Assembly: GCA_964428965.1 (NCBI GenBank)
Contig: CAYSAF010000003.1
Span: forward strand, 7,272-71,271
Origin: Candidatus Woesearchaeota archaeon
GTDB taxonomy: Archaea > Nanobdellota > Nanobdellia > SCGC-AAA011-G17 > VGLX01
Reading direction: 5' to 3'
Length of the DNA stretch: 64,000 nucleotides
Below, one piece after another: positions 26,865 through 36,007 of this stretch. The stretch's first letter is position 1; each line of letters opens with the position of its first letter. The position numbers and the translations under genes were made by a program. The notes under the pieces are model-generated. The model was given only the letters and a program-made list of their open reading frames with translations. It ran no database searches and was not told where the DNA came from.

Positions 26865-27554
26865 TTATCTCTTTCCATTCCATTCAAGTTTAAAATCTTC
26901 TAAGAATTTAAGCATAGTCCCATGTCTTGCTTGTGCAATTTTCTTCGCGTATTCAGTATTCATATTATCTTTCAGGTTTAATAATTTAGTGTAAAAGTGT
27001 TGAATTGCTGAGGTTAATTGACCTTCATTGTAGTCTTCTTCCAATCTGTGCATGTCGTCTAGTGTTCCTAATGGATAACCTAACGATGCTGTGGTATAAA
27101 AACACCTAGCAATACCTATAGCTCCTAATGCATCTAATCTATCAGCATCCTGAAGAATTAGACACTCTTTGCTTAGTTTCCGTTTTCTTCTACTAAAATC
27201 ATAATCTTCGTGATGTCTTATGGCATCAATGACTGCATTAATCTTGCCTTTTGGGAAACATAAAGCAATAAGATCATTTCTTATTTCAATCAATGCTGGT
27301 TTACTTATATGGTATTCTCTACCGCCATAACTACACCAATCATGCGTATAACTTACAGTGGAGAGGACTAATTGATCACCACCCTCATATTCATGGATTT
27401 TGTCTGCTAGATTTGCAACCCTCATAGCATGTAAATAACCATGAGCATCATCATTTTGTGCTAATCTTTCCTTAGCTCTTGCTATAATTCTTTCTATCAT
27501 AAAAATCAAAGCATTGGACATATTTATAAACCTTTTTATGGATGGGCTTTGCAC
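26865..27554 (-). CDS. HD-domain phosphohydrolase
   Basis: It has an H...HD...D metal-binding pattern (GYLHAMRVANL, HDWCSY, RHHEDYDF, LQDADRLDALGAIGIARC). Confidence 0.6.
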   Translation of the reverse strand: MQSPSIKRFINMSNALIFMIERIIARAKERLAQNDDAHGYLHAMRVANLADKIHEYEGGDQLVLSTVSYTHDWCSYGGREYHISKPALIEIRNDLIALCFPKGKINAVIDAIRHHEDYDFSRRKRKLSKECLILQDADRLDALGAIGIARCFYTTASLGYPLGTLDDMHRLEEDYNEGQLTSAIQHFYTKLLNLKDNMNTEYAKKIAQARHGTMLKFLEDFKLEWNGKR

Positions 27555-27563
27555 ATAAATAAG
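27547..27563. promoter_or_regulatory. Third copy of the TTTGCACATAAA motif, immediately upstream of the HD gene
   Basis: CTTTGCACATAAATAAG overlaps the start region of the minus-strand HD gene. Confidence 0.35.
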
Positions 27564-27772
27564 CTTTAGTTATAAACTCACAGAATCTATGGAAGAAAGG
27601 TAATTAAAAAGTTATCTTTCTTATATTTTTTCTTGCCACACCCCACATTTAATTATTTAATCTTTTCTAGCTGAAATCTATCAGATTTTATTAAAAAGTA
27701 ATAGTTAGGCTATGTTTATATCTTTTAATCACAACAAAGTATTTAATAGAGTGAGTTGTTTTATGGTAGAAA

Positions 27773-29167
27773 ATGGAAAAAATGTTTGAAAAACCAATAG
27801 TTAATTTAGAAGCTACTTTGATGAATCGTGAACATAAAAGACTTGGTTCTGAAGAGATTTCGGTTTATGGTGCTTTAGGATGTTTTGAAGAAAAAACTCC
27901 TTTAGATCTATTCCTTGAAGATGAAGAAAAGCTTGCAAGTGGAGAGGTAACAGTAGAAGGATTAGAAAAGAAAAAAGATAGAATATTTAACGAAACTAGT
28001 GGAAGGGGTCATGGTTCTGTTTTAGATCAAAGTAGGTTTACTTTCGTTATAGAAGATCTGCCTAGGATAGTTACATTACAATTATGTTTACCACAGTATT
28101 TGGATCATTTACAACAATCGTTAAGAAGAGCAAAAGCTGACAGGGGTTTTTATTTGCCACAATCAATAAAAAATTCTAGATTATTTGATAAAACTGTTAG
28201 TATCTTGAATAAAACATTTAGTTTATATAAAGAGATGTGCGATGCAAAGATTCCAGGTGAGGATGCTAGGTTTATTTTACCTTTGTATACCAAAACAAAT
28301 ATCCAAACTACAGGAGATGCTAGGGAATTAATGCATTTACATTATATGAGTAGACAAGATCATATTCCTTCAATAATTAAAGAAACAATTGAAGAAATGA
28401 TAAACAAATTGAAAGAATATTCCTCAAATTTATTCAAAGAAAGAGCAACAAATTATGAAGTTTTAGCATGGTATCCTAGTTCCCAGTTATTTGCTATGAG
28501 CAATAAAACACTAGAAAACCTTATAGAAAAAAAAGGAAGGGAGAATATAGCTCTTGTAGATAATAGTGGAATAAAAATTTCTGAAGAGGAATTAGATAGA
28601 GCAGTAAAATATAGAAACGAAGAGGAATTAGCTAATCTAAAACATATTCATTTTACTTTTTTAGCTCCAATGAGTTTGGCTTGTTTCCATCAAGCGACAA
28701 GACAGAGGACATGGGATCAGAGTATTGAACCAATCTATAATGCAATAAAAAGAAAAAATATTGTTATTCCACCAAGTATTATGAAAAATGAGTTATATAA
28801 AGATAAGTATATTGATCATAATTTAAGAATGATAGATTTATTTAATGAATTACTTAAAGATGTGCCAGCAAAAGAAGCTATTGGTGTAATACCCCATTCA
28901 CAAAGAGTGTATGATTTAATACACATAAATGGATGGAATGCTATACATTCTATTGGTAAAAGAACTTGTAATGAAGCACAATGGGAGATAAGGAATATTG
29001 CCAAAGGTATGGCAACAATAATAAAAGAAAAAAGCCCTGTCTTAGGAAAATATACAGAACCACAAGGAATAATTTATGGAAGATGCCCTGAAAAGAATTC
29101 TTGCGGATATTGCGAGGCTAAGATGGGTGGAACACTTGAAGAATTACATAGAACCGAAAGAATATAA
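27773..29167 (+). CDS. Tandem-domain ThyX-like (flavin-dependent thymidylate synthase family) protein with divergent active-site motifs
   Basis: Both halves resemble the ThyX core. The first is GHGSVLDQSRFTFVIEDLPRIVTLQL followed by LPQ...QQSLRR in place of RHR...SQRY. The second is FTFLAPMSLACFHQATRQRTWDQS. The gene is directly upstream of tmk. Confidence 0.4.
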   Translation: MEKMFEKPIVNLEATLMNREHKRLGSEEISVYGALGCFEEKTPLDLFLEDEEKLASGEVTVEGLEKKKDRIFNETSGRGHGSVLDQSRFTFVIEDLPRIVTLQLCLPQYLDHLQQSLRRAKADRGFYLPQSIKNSRLFDKTVSILNKTFSLYKEMCDAKIPGEDARFILPLYTKTNIQTTGDARELMHLHYMSRQDHIPSIIKETIEEMINKLKEYSSNLFKERATNYEVLAWYPSSQLFAMSNKTLENLIEKKGRENIALVDNSGIKISEEELDRAVKYRNEEELANLKHIHFTFLAPMSLACFHQATRQRTWDQSIEPIYNAIKRKNIVIPPSIMKNELYKDKYIDHNLRMIDLFNELLKDVPAKEAIGVIPHSQRVYDLIHINGWNAIHSIGKRTCNEAQWEIRNIAKGMATIIKEKSPVLGKYTEPQGIIYGRCPEKNSCGYCEAKMGGTLEELHRTERI

Positions 29168-29168
29168 G

Positions 29169-29813
29169 ATGAAGGGTAAGTTGATTACTTTTGAGGGGAT
29201 TGAGGGTTGTGGTAAGACCACTCAGATTAAACTTCTTTCTGATTATTTAAGCAAGGAAGGTCATGACGTTTCCAAGTATCATGAACCTGGCAGCACTCGT
29301 GTCGGTGCTGAGATCAGGAGAATTTTGCTTCATCCCGATCATATCGAACTTTGTCCTAATTCTGAGTTGCTTCTTTATTACGCTGCTCGTACCCAGCTCA
29401 TTTCTGAGAAGTTGATTCCTGATTTGGATGCTGGTAAGCTTGTTCTTTGTGATCGTTATGATGATTCGAGCATGGCTTATCAGCATTATGGTCGCGGTCT
29501 TGATTTGAAGTTGTTGAATCTGTTGAAGGGCACTTTTGTTAAGGTAGAGCCTGACCTGACCATTCTTCTTGATGTTCCTGTTGATATGGGTCTTGAGCGT
29601 AGTTACAGGGTTACTGATGAGTTTCGTAGGCCTGACCGTATCGAGTCTGAGGTTCATGAGTTTCATGAGCGTGTTAGGCATGGTTACTTGGAGATGGCTA
29701 AGGCCGAACCTAAAAGGTTTAAGGTTATTGATGGCAACCTTCCTGAGCATGCTGTTTTTGCTGCTGTCTATCAGCATGTCTTCCCTCTTCTAAATGAAAA
29801 TAAGAAGAAGTAA
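29169..29813 (+). CDS. tmk: Thymidylate kinase
   Basis: It has the P-loop FEGIEGCGKTTQ, the DRY motif (LCDRYDDSSMAYQ) and a lid region. The likely start is MKGKLITFEG; the ORF-track extension would overlap the previous gene. Confidence 0.8.
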   Translation: MKGKLITFEGIEGCGKTTQIKLLSDYLSKEGHDVSKYHEPGSTRVGAEIRRILLHPDHIELCPNSELLLYYAARTQLISEKLIPDLDAGKLVLCDRYDDSSMAYQHYGRGLDLKLLNLLKGTFVKVEPDLTILLDVPVDMGLERSYRVTDEFRRPDRIESEVHEFHERVRHGYLEMAKAEPKRFKVIDGNLPEHAVFAAVYQHVFPLLNENKKK

Positions 29814-29845
29814 GCTTTTTATAATCCTAAGATTTATTTTTTTGT

Positions 29846-30382
29846 ATGATTATTACAATTTCAGGCCTTCCCGGCTCTGGCAAAACCTCTGTCGCTAAGC
29901 TTCTCGCTAAAAAACTCAATTTCAAGTTTTATTCTATGGGTGACATAATCCAGACTTTTGTTCTGAGTAAGAAAATGACCTTGTTGCAGTTCAATAAGCT
30001 CAGAGATAAGAATAAGGCCTGGGATTACATGATTGATTCTTACCAGAAGCAGCTTGTTAAAAAGCATAAGGATGTTATTGTTGACGGAATCACTTCTTTT
30101 TATCTTTTTTCTGATTCGATTAAGGTGTTCTTTAGCGTTAAGCCTGAGGTCAGTGCAAAAAGGATTTTTCAGGCAAAGCGTCCTGATGAGCCTTACAAAT
30201 CTTTTTCAGAAGCCTTAAAGGCTGTTAAGAAACGTATCAAGGATGATAGGAGTCGTTATAATCGTCTTTACGGCATCGATTGTCATAAGCTTAGTAATTT
30301 TGATCTGGTTATTGACACCTCTGACTTGAGTCCAAAAGAGGTTGTTAATGTTATATTAAAGTTTGTAAAGGAAAAGCTTTAG
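29846..30382 (+). CDS. cmk: Archaeal-type cytidylate kinase
   Basis: The N-terminal MIITISGLPGSGKTSVAKLLA P-loop is typical of archaeal CMP kinases, and the protein is 178 aa. Confidence 0.65.
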   Translation: MIITISGLPGSGKTSVAKLLAKKLNFKFYSMGDIIQTFVLSKKMTLLQFNKLRDKNKAWDYMIDSYQKQLVKKHKDVIVDGITSFYLFSDSIKVFFSVKPEVSAKRIFQAKRPDEPYKSFSEALKAVKKRIKDDRSRYNRLYGIDCHKLSNFDLVIDTSDLSPKEVVNVILKFVKEKL

Positions 30383-30384
30383 TT

Positions 30385-30408
30385 GTCACTTGTAGTGAAA
30401 CATTTTTG
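30385..30408 (+). terminator. Hairpin (TCACT-TGT-AGTGA) followed by a T-tract immediately after the cmk stop codon
   Basis: The sequence is GTCACTTGTAGTGAAACATTTTTG. Archaeal terminators are oligo-T-based, so this is a plausible operon end. Confidence 0.3.
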
Positions 30409-30548
30409 TGTCATTGACATGAGTGAATGGTTTTTTCTTCTGTTTAATGGTTATTTTTTATAATCGAAATTAATTTAAAGGCCTTATTGCTATTAATACA
30501 AGTTGTTTTTATCACCACTCATATTTGATAAAATCACACTGGTGGACT

Positions 30549-30668
30549 ATGGAGATCATAACTTGTAAGTGTAAGAAGTGTAACAAGGAGTACGATACTT
30601 TGGAAATGGACGATGGTTATATTATTTCTAATTTCTGCGACGACTGTTTGAAGCGTGAGAAGTATTAG
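30549..30668 (+). CDS. 39-aa zinc-ribbon protein (CxxC...CxxC)
   Basis: MEIITCKCKKCNKEYDTLEMDDGYIISNFCDDCLKREKY has two CxxC pairs. It is convergent with iscU and overlaps it by 40 nt, so it could be spurious. Confidence 0.3.
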   Translation: MEIITCKCKKCNKEYDTLEMDDGYIISNFCDDCLKREKY

Positions 30669-31041
30669 CTTTGTATTTTTTTATCGCTGCTCTTAGTGCT
30701 TGTTCTCCCAGCACTGAGCAGTGCACTTTTATCTGCGGCAATCCTCCCAGGTAGTCGTTTATTTCTTTGTTTGTTATTTTTTCTGCTTCTTTCAGTGTTT
30801 TTCCTTTTGCCAGTTCACAAAGAATGTCTGATGCGCTTATTGCAGCTGCACACCCAAAAGTTTTGAAGCTTATGTCTTTTATTGTTTCCTCTCCTTTTTT
30901 ATTCTTGCTTACTTTTATGAAAACTTCCATTTGATCCCCACAGCGGGGGTTGCCGACTTGTCCTACTGCATCGTAGTTTTTCATCTCTCTTGAATGCTTT
31001 GGGTGCAGGAAGTGTTCCATAACAGTTTTACTGTATAGCAT
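30628..31041 (-). CDS. iscU: Fe-S cluster assembly scaffold IscU/NifU-like
   Basis: It carries the three conserved Cys (GNPRCGDQMEV, FKTFGCAAAIASSD, VHCSVLGEQAL). Confidence 0.75.
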   Translation of the reverse strand: MLYSKTVMEHFLHPKHSREMKNYDAVGQVGNPRCGDQMEVFIKVSKNKKGEETIKDISFKTFGCAAAISASDILCELAKGKTLKEAEKITNKEINDYLGGLPQIKVHCSVLGEQALRAAIKKYKANTSHASNSRRRN

Positions 31042-32182
31042 TTTTCCTCCAGAGTGGGCTTATCTGCCTTAGTTTTTTGGCAGCTTCTTTTGCCTCTTTT
31101 ATAGCATAATCAATTTCTTTTTGTGTTGTATACCTGCTTATCGTGAACCTTATCGATCCGTGCGCTTCTTCGTGTTTTAAACCAATAGCTAGTAGTACGT
31201 GGCTTGGTTCCAGTGATTTTGAGCTGCACGCGCTTCCTGTTGACACAGCTATTCCCTTCTCGTTCAGCAGCAGCAGTAGTGATTCTCCTTCTATTTTTTT
31301 GAATGTTATGTTTGCATTATTACAAAGTCTTTTTGTTTTACTTCCATTCAACATTGTTTCCGGTACTTGTTTTAGTATTCCTCCTATTAGTTTGTCCCTT
31401 AATCTTTCCATGTTTTTTATTTGTTTTTCGTTGGTTAGCTCTACTGCTTTGGCAAAGCCAACAGCTCCTGATACGTTTTCTGTTCCTGCTCTCAGGTTTT
31501 TCTCGTGCGGACCACCATCCATGAGTTTTCTTATTTTTGTTCCTTTTCTAACGTAAAGTGCTCCAATCCCTTTAGGCCCGTGTATCTTGTGGCTGCTTAT
31601 TGAAATTAAGTCAACATTTATTTTTTTCACATCTATCGCTACCTTTGTGAAGCTTTGCACAGCATCTGTGTGGAATACTACCCCTTTTTTCTTGCATATC
31701 TCTCCTATCTTTTCAATGTCTTGTACAGTTCCTATCTCGTTGTTCGCATGTATGACAGATACTACTGCTGTGTCATCTGTTATGGCATTTTCTAATTCAT
31801 TTAAATTGATGAATCCTTCCCTGTCAACTTTTAGGTATGTTATTTTGTACCCTTCCCTTTGTAGTGTTTCGCAAGCGTTTAGAACAGCAGGATGTTCTAT
31901 TTTTGTTGTTATTATGTGTTTTTTGTTTGATGCATAAGCTGCTCCTTTTATTGCCAGGTTGTCTGATTCAGTGCCGCCAGAAGTGAATATTATCTCGTCA
32001 GGCTCTGCGTTTAGCTTTTTTGCTATTATCTCTCTTGCTCTTTCCAGTGCCTCATTAGCCTCTTCTCCAAAACTGTGCAAAGAGCTGGCATTTCCGTATT
32101 TCTTTGTCATATAGTCTTGTATTTCTTTTGCCACTTCTGGTGCCACCACAGTTGTTGCCCCGTTATCCATGTACACCCTCAT
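31028..32182 (-). CDS. iscS: Cysteine desulfurase IscS/NifS (PLP-dependent)
   Basis: It has the MDNGATT start block, the PLP lysine region (SISSHKIHGPKG) and the active-site Cys loop (SACSSKS). I placed the start at MRVYMDNGATT (32182), directly after the upstream regulator's stop codon. Confidence 0.75.
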   Translation of the reverse strand: MRVYMDNGATTVVAPEVAKEIQDYMTKKYGNASSLHSFGEEANEALERAREIIAKKLNAEPDEIIFTSGGTESDNLAIKGAAYASNKKHIITTKIEHPAVLNACETLQREGYKITYLKVDREGFINLNELENAITDDTAVVSVIHANNEIGTVQDIEKIGEICKKKGVVFHTDAVQSFTKVAIDVKKINVDLISISSHKIHGPKGIGALYVRKGTKIRKLMDGGPHEKNLRAGTENVSGAVGFAKAVELTNEKQIKNMERLRDKLIGGILKQVPETMLNGSKTKRLCNNANITFKKIEGESLLLLLNEKGIAVSTGSACSSKSLEPSHVLLAIGLKHEEAHGSIRFTISRYTTQKEIDYAIKEAKEAAKKLRQISPLWRKNAIQ

Positions 32183-32523
32183 CTCATGCACACCTCGCAT
32201 CCTTTTACCTTTCCCTTGTGCAGCTTGCACAAGCATCCTGACTTTCTTATCTTAGTTATCATGTTTTGTAGCTCTTCCATAACCGTTGCTTTATTCGTCA
32301 GAATCCTGTCTACCGACTTTCTTATTTCTTGCCCTATCTTTTTGTCAAACTTTACCTCTTTTCCTCTTTTTGATTTTATGTAGTGGGAAACAGCAGCCTC
32401 TCCTATGCCTAGTTTTTTTGCTGTTTCTCTTTGCTTCAATCCTTTTTTTATCATTAATTTTGCAAATTCTCTTCTTAGTGCTGGTATCACATACCAAACT
32501 TCCAGTTCTTGCGGCATCTCCAT
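32179..32523 (-). CDS. HTH transcriptional regulator with a C-terminal Cys cluster (candidate Fe-S-sensing regulator of the isc operon)
   Basis: It has an HTH (ETAKKLGIGEAAVSHYIKSKRG) and a C-terminal CLCKLHKGKVKGCEVC. It is the first gene of the regulator-iscS-iscU operon. Confidence 0.45.
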   Translation of the reverse strand: MEMPQELEVWYVIPALRREFAKLMIKKGLKQRETAKKLGIGEAAVSHYIKSKRGKEVKFDKKIGQEIRKSVDRILTNKATVMEELQNMITKIRKSGCLCKLHKGKVKGCEVCMR

Positions 32524-32599
32524 GGAACTTTACAATTGTAAAGTATTTATAAATCTTTTCTTTAGGTTTTTAGAGAAACTTATGTTCATGCCTTGTTGA

Positions 32600-33124
32600 T
32601 CAGATGAAGTCTTTTATTCTGTGGTGTCTGTACTCGTGAACTAGCCATATCACCAGTAGTATTGCGTCCATTCCTGGTATCACAGTCGTTGCTAAGTCTA
32701 ACGGTATTATATTCAGGCCTACCATGTATGTGCTTAAAGGGTAGAGTGGCCTTATCCATCCAGATAGTAAGAAATCCAAGAGGAGGTGTATTCCCACCCC
32801 AAGTGCTGTGAAGAATGCTATGTCACTTATGCTTATCTTGTATTTTGCTATCCTTTTCATTTTGTATGTCAAAAATCCTATTGCTAGGAATATTGCTGGA
32901 AAGAATAATGTGTGCGTAAACGTCCGGTGCACTTCTGAAATTTCCACCAAGGATATTATCCTTAGGAGCCAGTAAACTATTATATCTATGTCAGGCAGTA
33001 GTCCTGCTATTCCTGCTATGAGAATTAGGTATAAGGGTATTTTTCTCTTGTTTTTTACGAGGTAGTCCCTTATTGTGTCAGCTACTATTATTGCTATCAG
33101 TACGTGTGTTACAGCGTGTGGCAT
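32600..33124 (-). CDS. Membrane-bound metal-dependent hydrolase (DUF457/YdjM-like)
   Basis: It has an N-terminal HxxxH-like start (MPHAVTHVLIAII), 4-5 TM helices and a C-terminal HEYRHHR. Confidence 0.45.
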   Translation of the reverse strand: MPHAVTHVLIAIIVADTIRDYLVKNKRKIPLYLILIAGIAGLLPDIDIIVYWLLRIISLVEISEVHRTFTHTLFFPAIFLAIGFLTYKMKRIAKYKISISDIAFFTALGVGIHLLLDFLLSGWIRPLYPLSTYMVGLNIIPLDLATTVIPGMDAILLVIWLVHEYRHHRIKDFI

Positions 33125-33365
33125 GTTTTAGGATTATCTTTTTCTCTTTTTTGTTTTTTGAATCTTTTTCCGAGGGTCATGTACGATTTTGGTTTTAATC
33201 TTTCTATTATATTATCCAATTCTAGTTTGAACAGAACGTTCGCTATCTGGTTCAACCTCTTTATGTCCCTCAGGGTCTGAGCTATGTTCATGAAATAATT
33301 TTTGATTTAGTAATTTATATAACTTTCTTATTTAGTTAACAAGTAGTTGGATTTGGTTAAACTTT

Positions 33366-34118
33366 CTAAGGTCTAGCAATCTCCCATAAATGTAAAAAAT
33401 AGGCTTTATTTTCTTCTGCAATTAATTTATTTTTGATTTCTATAACATGAGGCTTGTTATCTAGAGTGAATAGATATGCAAGATTGTCACCGAAGATAAC
33501 TGTGGTTACATTTGTTGGGATATTTTTAATAAATCTATTCTCGCCAAGATTAAAAAACATTTTAACAAATGTATTATTTTTAAACCTTACATCCCATATG
33601 CCCCTATATTTTATTTTTTTATTAATTTTTGATTTCTTTGCTTCTTTTAAGAGTCTTTCTAGAAATAATTGAGAACTTGTATGTTCTACTGGTCCATTTC
33701 CTATCGTATAAATTTCTTTAACTTTCCCTTCTTTTACTAGGTTAAACAAATTGAAATTAAATTGCTTTTGGCCGTGCCCGCTCTCTAGGACTCTAATCTC
33801 GGAAGGGATTTCCTCACGCAATTTCTCAAATTGGGGTATTAACGACATAAGGATAGACTCCTTATCTTTTAACTTCGATATCAACTGGCTTATTTCCAAT
33901 ACAGAATAAAAAGTCTTACCATCTTTCTCTATTTTGTTAATAAATCCCTTAGATATCAATCTCTCGAGGACATCATAAGTAGTAGACCTATGAATTCCTG
34001 TTTTTTTAGCTATAACATATGCAGTTAGTTCTAAATTTCCAACTAATAATAAGTATATTTTAATCTCTTTTTCATCTAACCCATATTCCTCTAAAATCAT
34101 CTTAATTTTTATATCCAT
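33366..34118 (-). CDS. TrmB-family transcriptional regulator
   Basis: It has the N-terminal TrmB HTH (EKEIKIYLLLVGNLELTAYVIAKKTGIHRSTTYDVLERLISKGFI) and a C-terminal sensor domain. Confidence 0.65.
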   Translation of the reverse strand: MDIKIKMILEEYGLDEKEIKIYLLLVGNLELTAYVIAKKTGIHRSTTYDVLERLISKGFINKIEKDGKTFYSVLEISQLISKLKDKESILMSLIPQFEKLREEIPSEIRVLESGHGQKQFNFNLFNLVKEGKVKEIYTIGNGPVEHTSSQLFLERLLKEAKKSKINKKIKYRGIWDVRFKNNTFVKMFFNLGENRFIKNIPTNVTTVIFGDNLAYLFTLDNKPHVIEIKNKLIAEENKAYFLHLWEIARP

Positions 34119-34215
34119 ATCATAATAGGTTATAACAATTAGTTAATAAATCTATCTATTAGACGGTATTTTCCGACTACTTTCATTTAAGTATATACAT
34201 AGTTGCCACTATTTT

Positions 34216-34875
34216 ATGATAAAAACAACAATATTACACCCAAGTGATCTTGAAAAAATCTTAGGTGTAGAGAGAAGAGCATTTATTCCCCCCATCCAAA
34301 CAACAGAAGAAGTTATAAAAAGAAGGTTGGGTAAAGGACACATTTATCTGGGGGTTGAGGTTGAAAATGGGTTGGTGGGTACTTTAGCTTTAAGATTTGC
34401 GTATTTTATACCTGATTTCGTAGATTTTTGCAAAAGAAACCCAACGTTTTCAGATTATGCCGAAAAATATAATGAAGAAAATGCAAACGCAGTTTTTGTT
34501 TATAGCCTAGGTATAGTTCCATCACATAGAAATGCATTAAATTCTAAAAATTTGCTTCAAAAGGCATTTAATATTGCTAAAGAAAGAAATATGGATTTCC
34601 TTGTGGGGGATCCAAGAGTCCCGTCTTATAACGGGAGTAATCAATTGCCCTATGAAAAATTTGACAAGAATGATGTACTGCAAAAAGCAATTGATAGTTA
34701 TCTCAAAACAGGGATTTTACCACCAAGAGGGGTGATAGAGAAAGATCCTGTAGCAGGGTTTTACCTTAAAGTATTCCAAAAAGGTGAAGTTTTGGGAATA
34801 ACAGATGGAAATTTTTGGAAAGGGGATGAACCTTGCGGGGGTCATATGGTAATTGGATACCTTAAATCAAAATGA
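34216..34875 (+). CDS. Hypothetical protein (possible GNAT-like acyltransferase)
   Basis: A 219-aa ORF with weak GNAT-like central strands (GLVGTLALRF...VFVYSLGIVPSHRN). It overlaps the next gene by 4 nt. Confidence 0.25.
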   Translation: MIKTTILHPSDLEKILGVERRAFIPPIQTTEEVIKRRLGKGHIYLGVEVENGLVGTLALRFAYFIPDFVDFCKRNPTFSDYAEKYNEENANAVFVYSLGIVPSHRNALNSKNLLQKAFNIAKERNMDFLVGDPRVPSYNGSNQLPYEKFDKNDVLQKAIDSYLKTGILPPRGVIEKDPVAGFYLKVFQKGEVLGITDGNFWKGDEPCGGHMVIGYLKSK

Positions 34876-35591
34876 TATCCTTATCAAAAGAATGGGCAAT
34901 TTTATCAAAAGAAATGTATGGACAAGAGTTCACTGATGAATTAGGTGAATTTCTAAAAGAACACAAAGTTAAGGATATTTTAGAATGTGGGTGTGGTGAT
35001 GGGTATATCCTTCAAGGACTTGCTAAGAAAGGTTTTAGTGGAATCGGAATCGATGCAACTCCAGAGATGATAGCTCTTGCTTTAGAAGACCATAACCATC
35101 CAAATATTTCATATAGACAAATGGACTGGTTGAATCTTAGAAATTTAAAAATCCAATTTGATACGGTTATTTGTAGAGGTAACAGTTTATCTTGTGTTTC
35201 TAACTGGGGCAAACAAGAGATAAATCCAGAACAAGCAAAAAGAAAAATTGAAGAAAGTGTTGGCTTGTTCTATCAAAAACTAAAGAAGGGTGGTTTGCTT
35301 TATGTTGATACTATTTCTCAAAATGAATTGGATAAAAATGGAGGGGATATTGAGGTAAAAACAGTAAATATCCATTTAGTAGGGAGAATTGAATATGATT
35401 GGCAAAAGAAGGAGAGAAGAGTTTTTGGTAGCGGGAAGGTCTTAGGGGAAGATTTTAGTGGCAGTTCTACTTCTTACCTTCTAACGCCTCAGGAATTAGA
35501 GGGGATTGTGAGAAATTTTCAAAACAGAGAAGTCTGGACACCCCAGCTTAAAAACGAAAGGAACTACACTGTGATTTGTGCAATTAAGTAG
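34872..35591 (+). CDS. Class I SAM-dependent methyltransferase
   Basis: Motif I is ILECGCGDGYIL, motif II is GIGIDATPEM, and motif IV is FDTVICRGNSL. Confidence 0.6.
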   Translation: MISLSKEWAILSKEMYGQEFTDELGEFLKEHKVKDILECGCGDGYILQGLAKKGFSGIGIDATPEMIALALEDHNHPNISYRQMDWLNLRNLKIQFDTVICRGNSLSCVSNWGKQEINPEQAKRKIEESVGLFYQKLKKGGLLYVDTISQNELDKNGGDIEVKTVNIHLVGRIEYDWQKKERRVFGSGKVLGEDFSGSSTSYLLTPQELEGIVRNFQNREVWTPQLKNERNYTVICAIK

Positions 35592-35680
35592 GGATTTCTT
35601 AAAATTTTTTGATTCAAGTCCTTTTAACGCAACAATGCACTTATTTAGAAATCTTTATATAATTTGAATAGATTAGCAGA

Positions 35681-36007
35681 GTGATGGATAAAATAGTGGT
35701 GGGTCTTACTGAAAAAGTTGTGATTAACGGGAAAGAGGTTACCGCCAGGATAGATACTGGCGCTCATCGCAGTTCTATATGCAGGGAGCTTTATTCTAAG
35801 CTTGACCTAGGTCCCTTTGTTGGCAGAGTTAAGGTTAAGTCTGTTAATAATCTTGAGGTCAGGCCTACTGTTCAGGCTGAGTTGGAGATCAAGGGCAAGA
35901 AGGTGCTCACTGTTTTGAATGTTGCTGATCGTTCAAAGATGAAGTATCAGTTGCTTATCGGTCAGGATGTTTTGAAAAGGGGGTTTTTGGTCGATCCGTC
36001 AAGATGA
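35681..36007 (+). CDS. Retropepsin-like aspartic protease (RimK-associated, COG4067-like)
   Basis: It has the D-T-G catalytic motif (ARIDTGAH), is 108 aa, and overlaps the rimK-like gene by 4 nt. Confidence 0.5.
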   Translation: MMDKIVVGLTEKVVINGKEVTARIDTGAHRSSICRELYSKLDLGPFVGRVKVKSVNNLEVRPTVQAELEIKGKKVLTVLNVADRSKMKYQLLIGQDVLKRGFLVDPSR

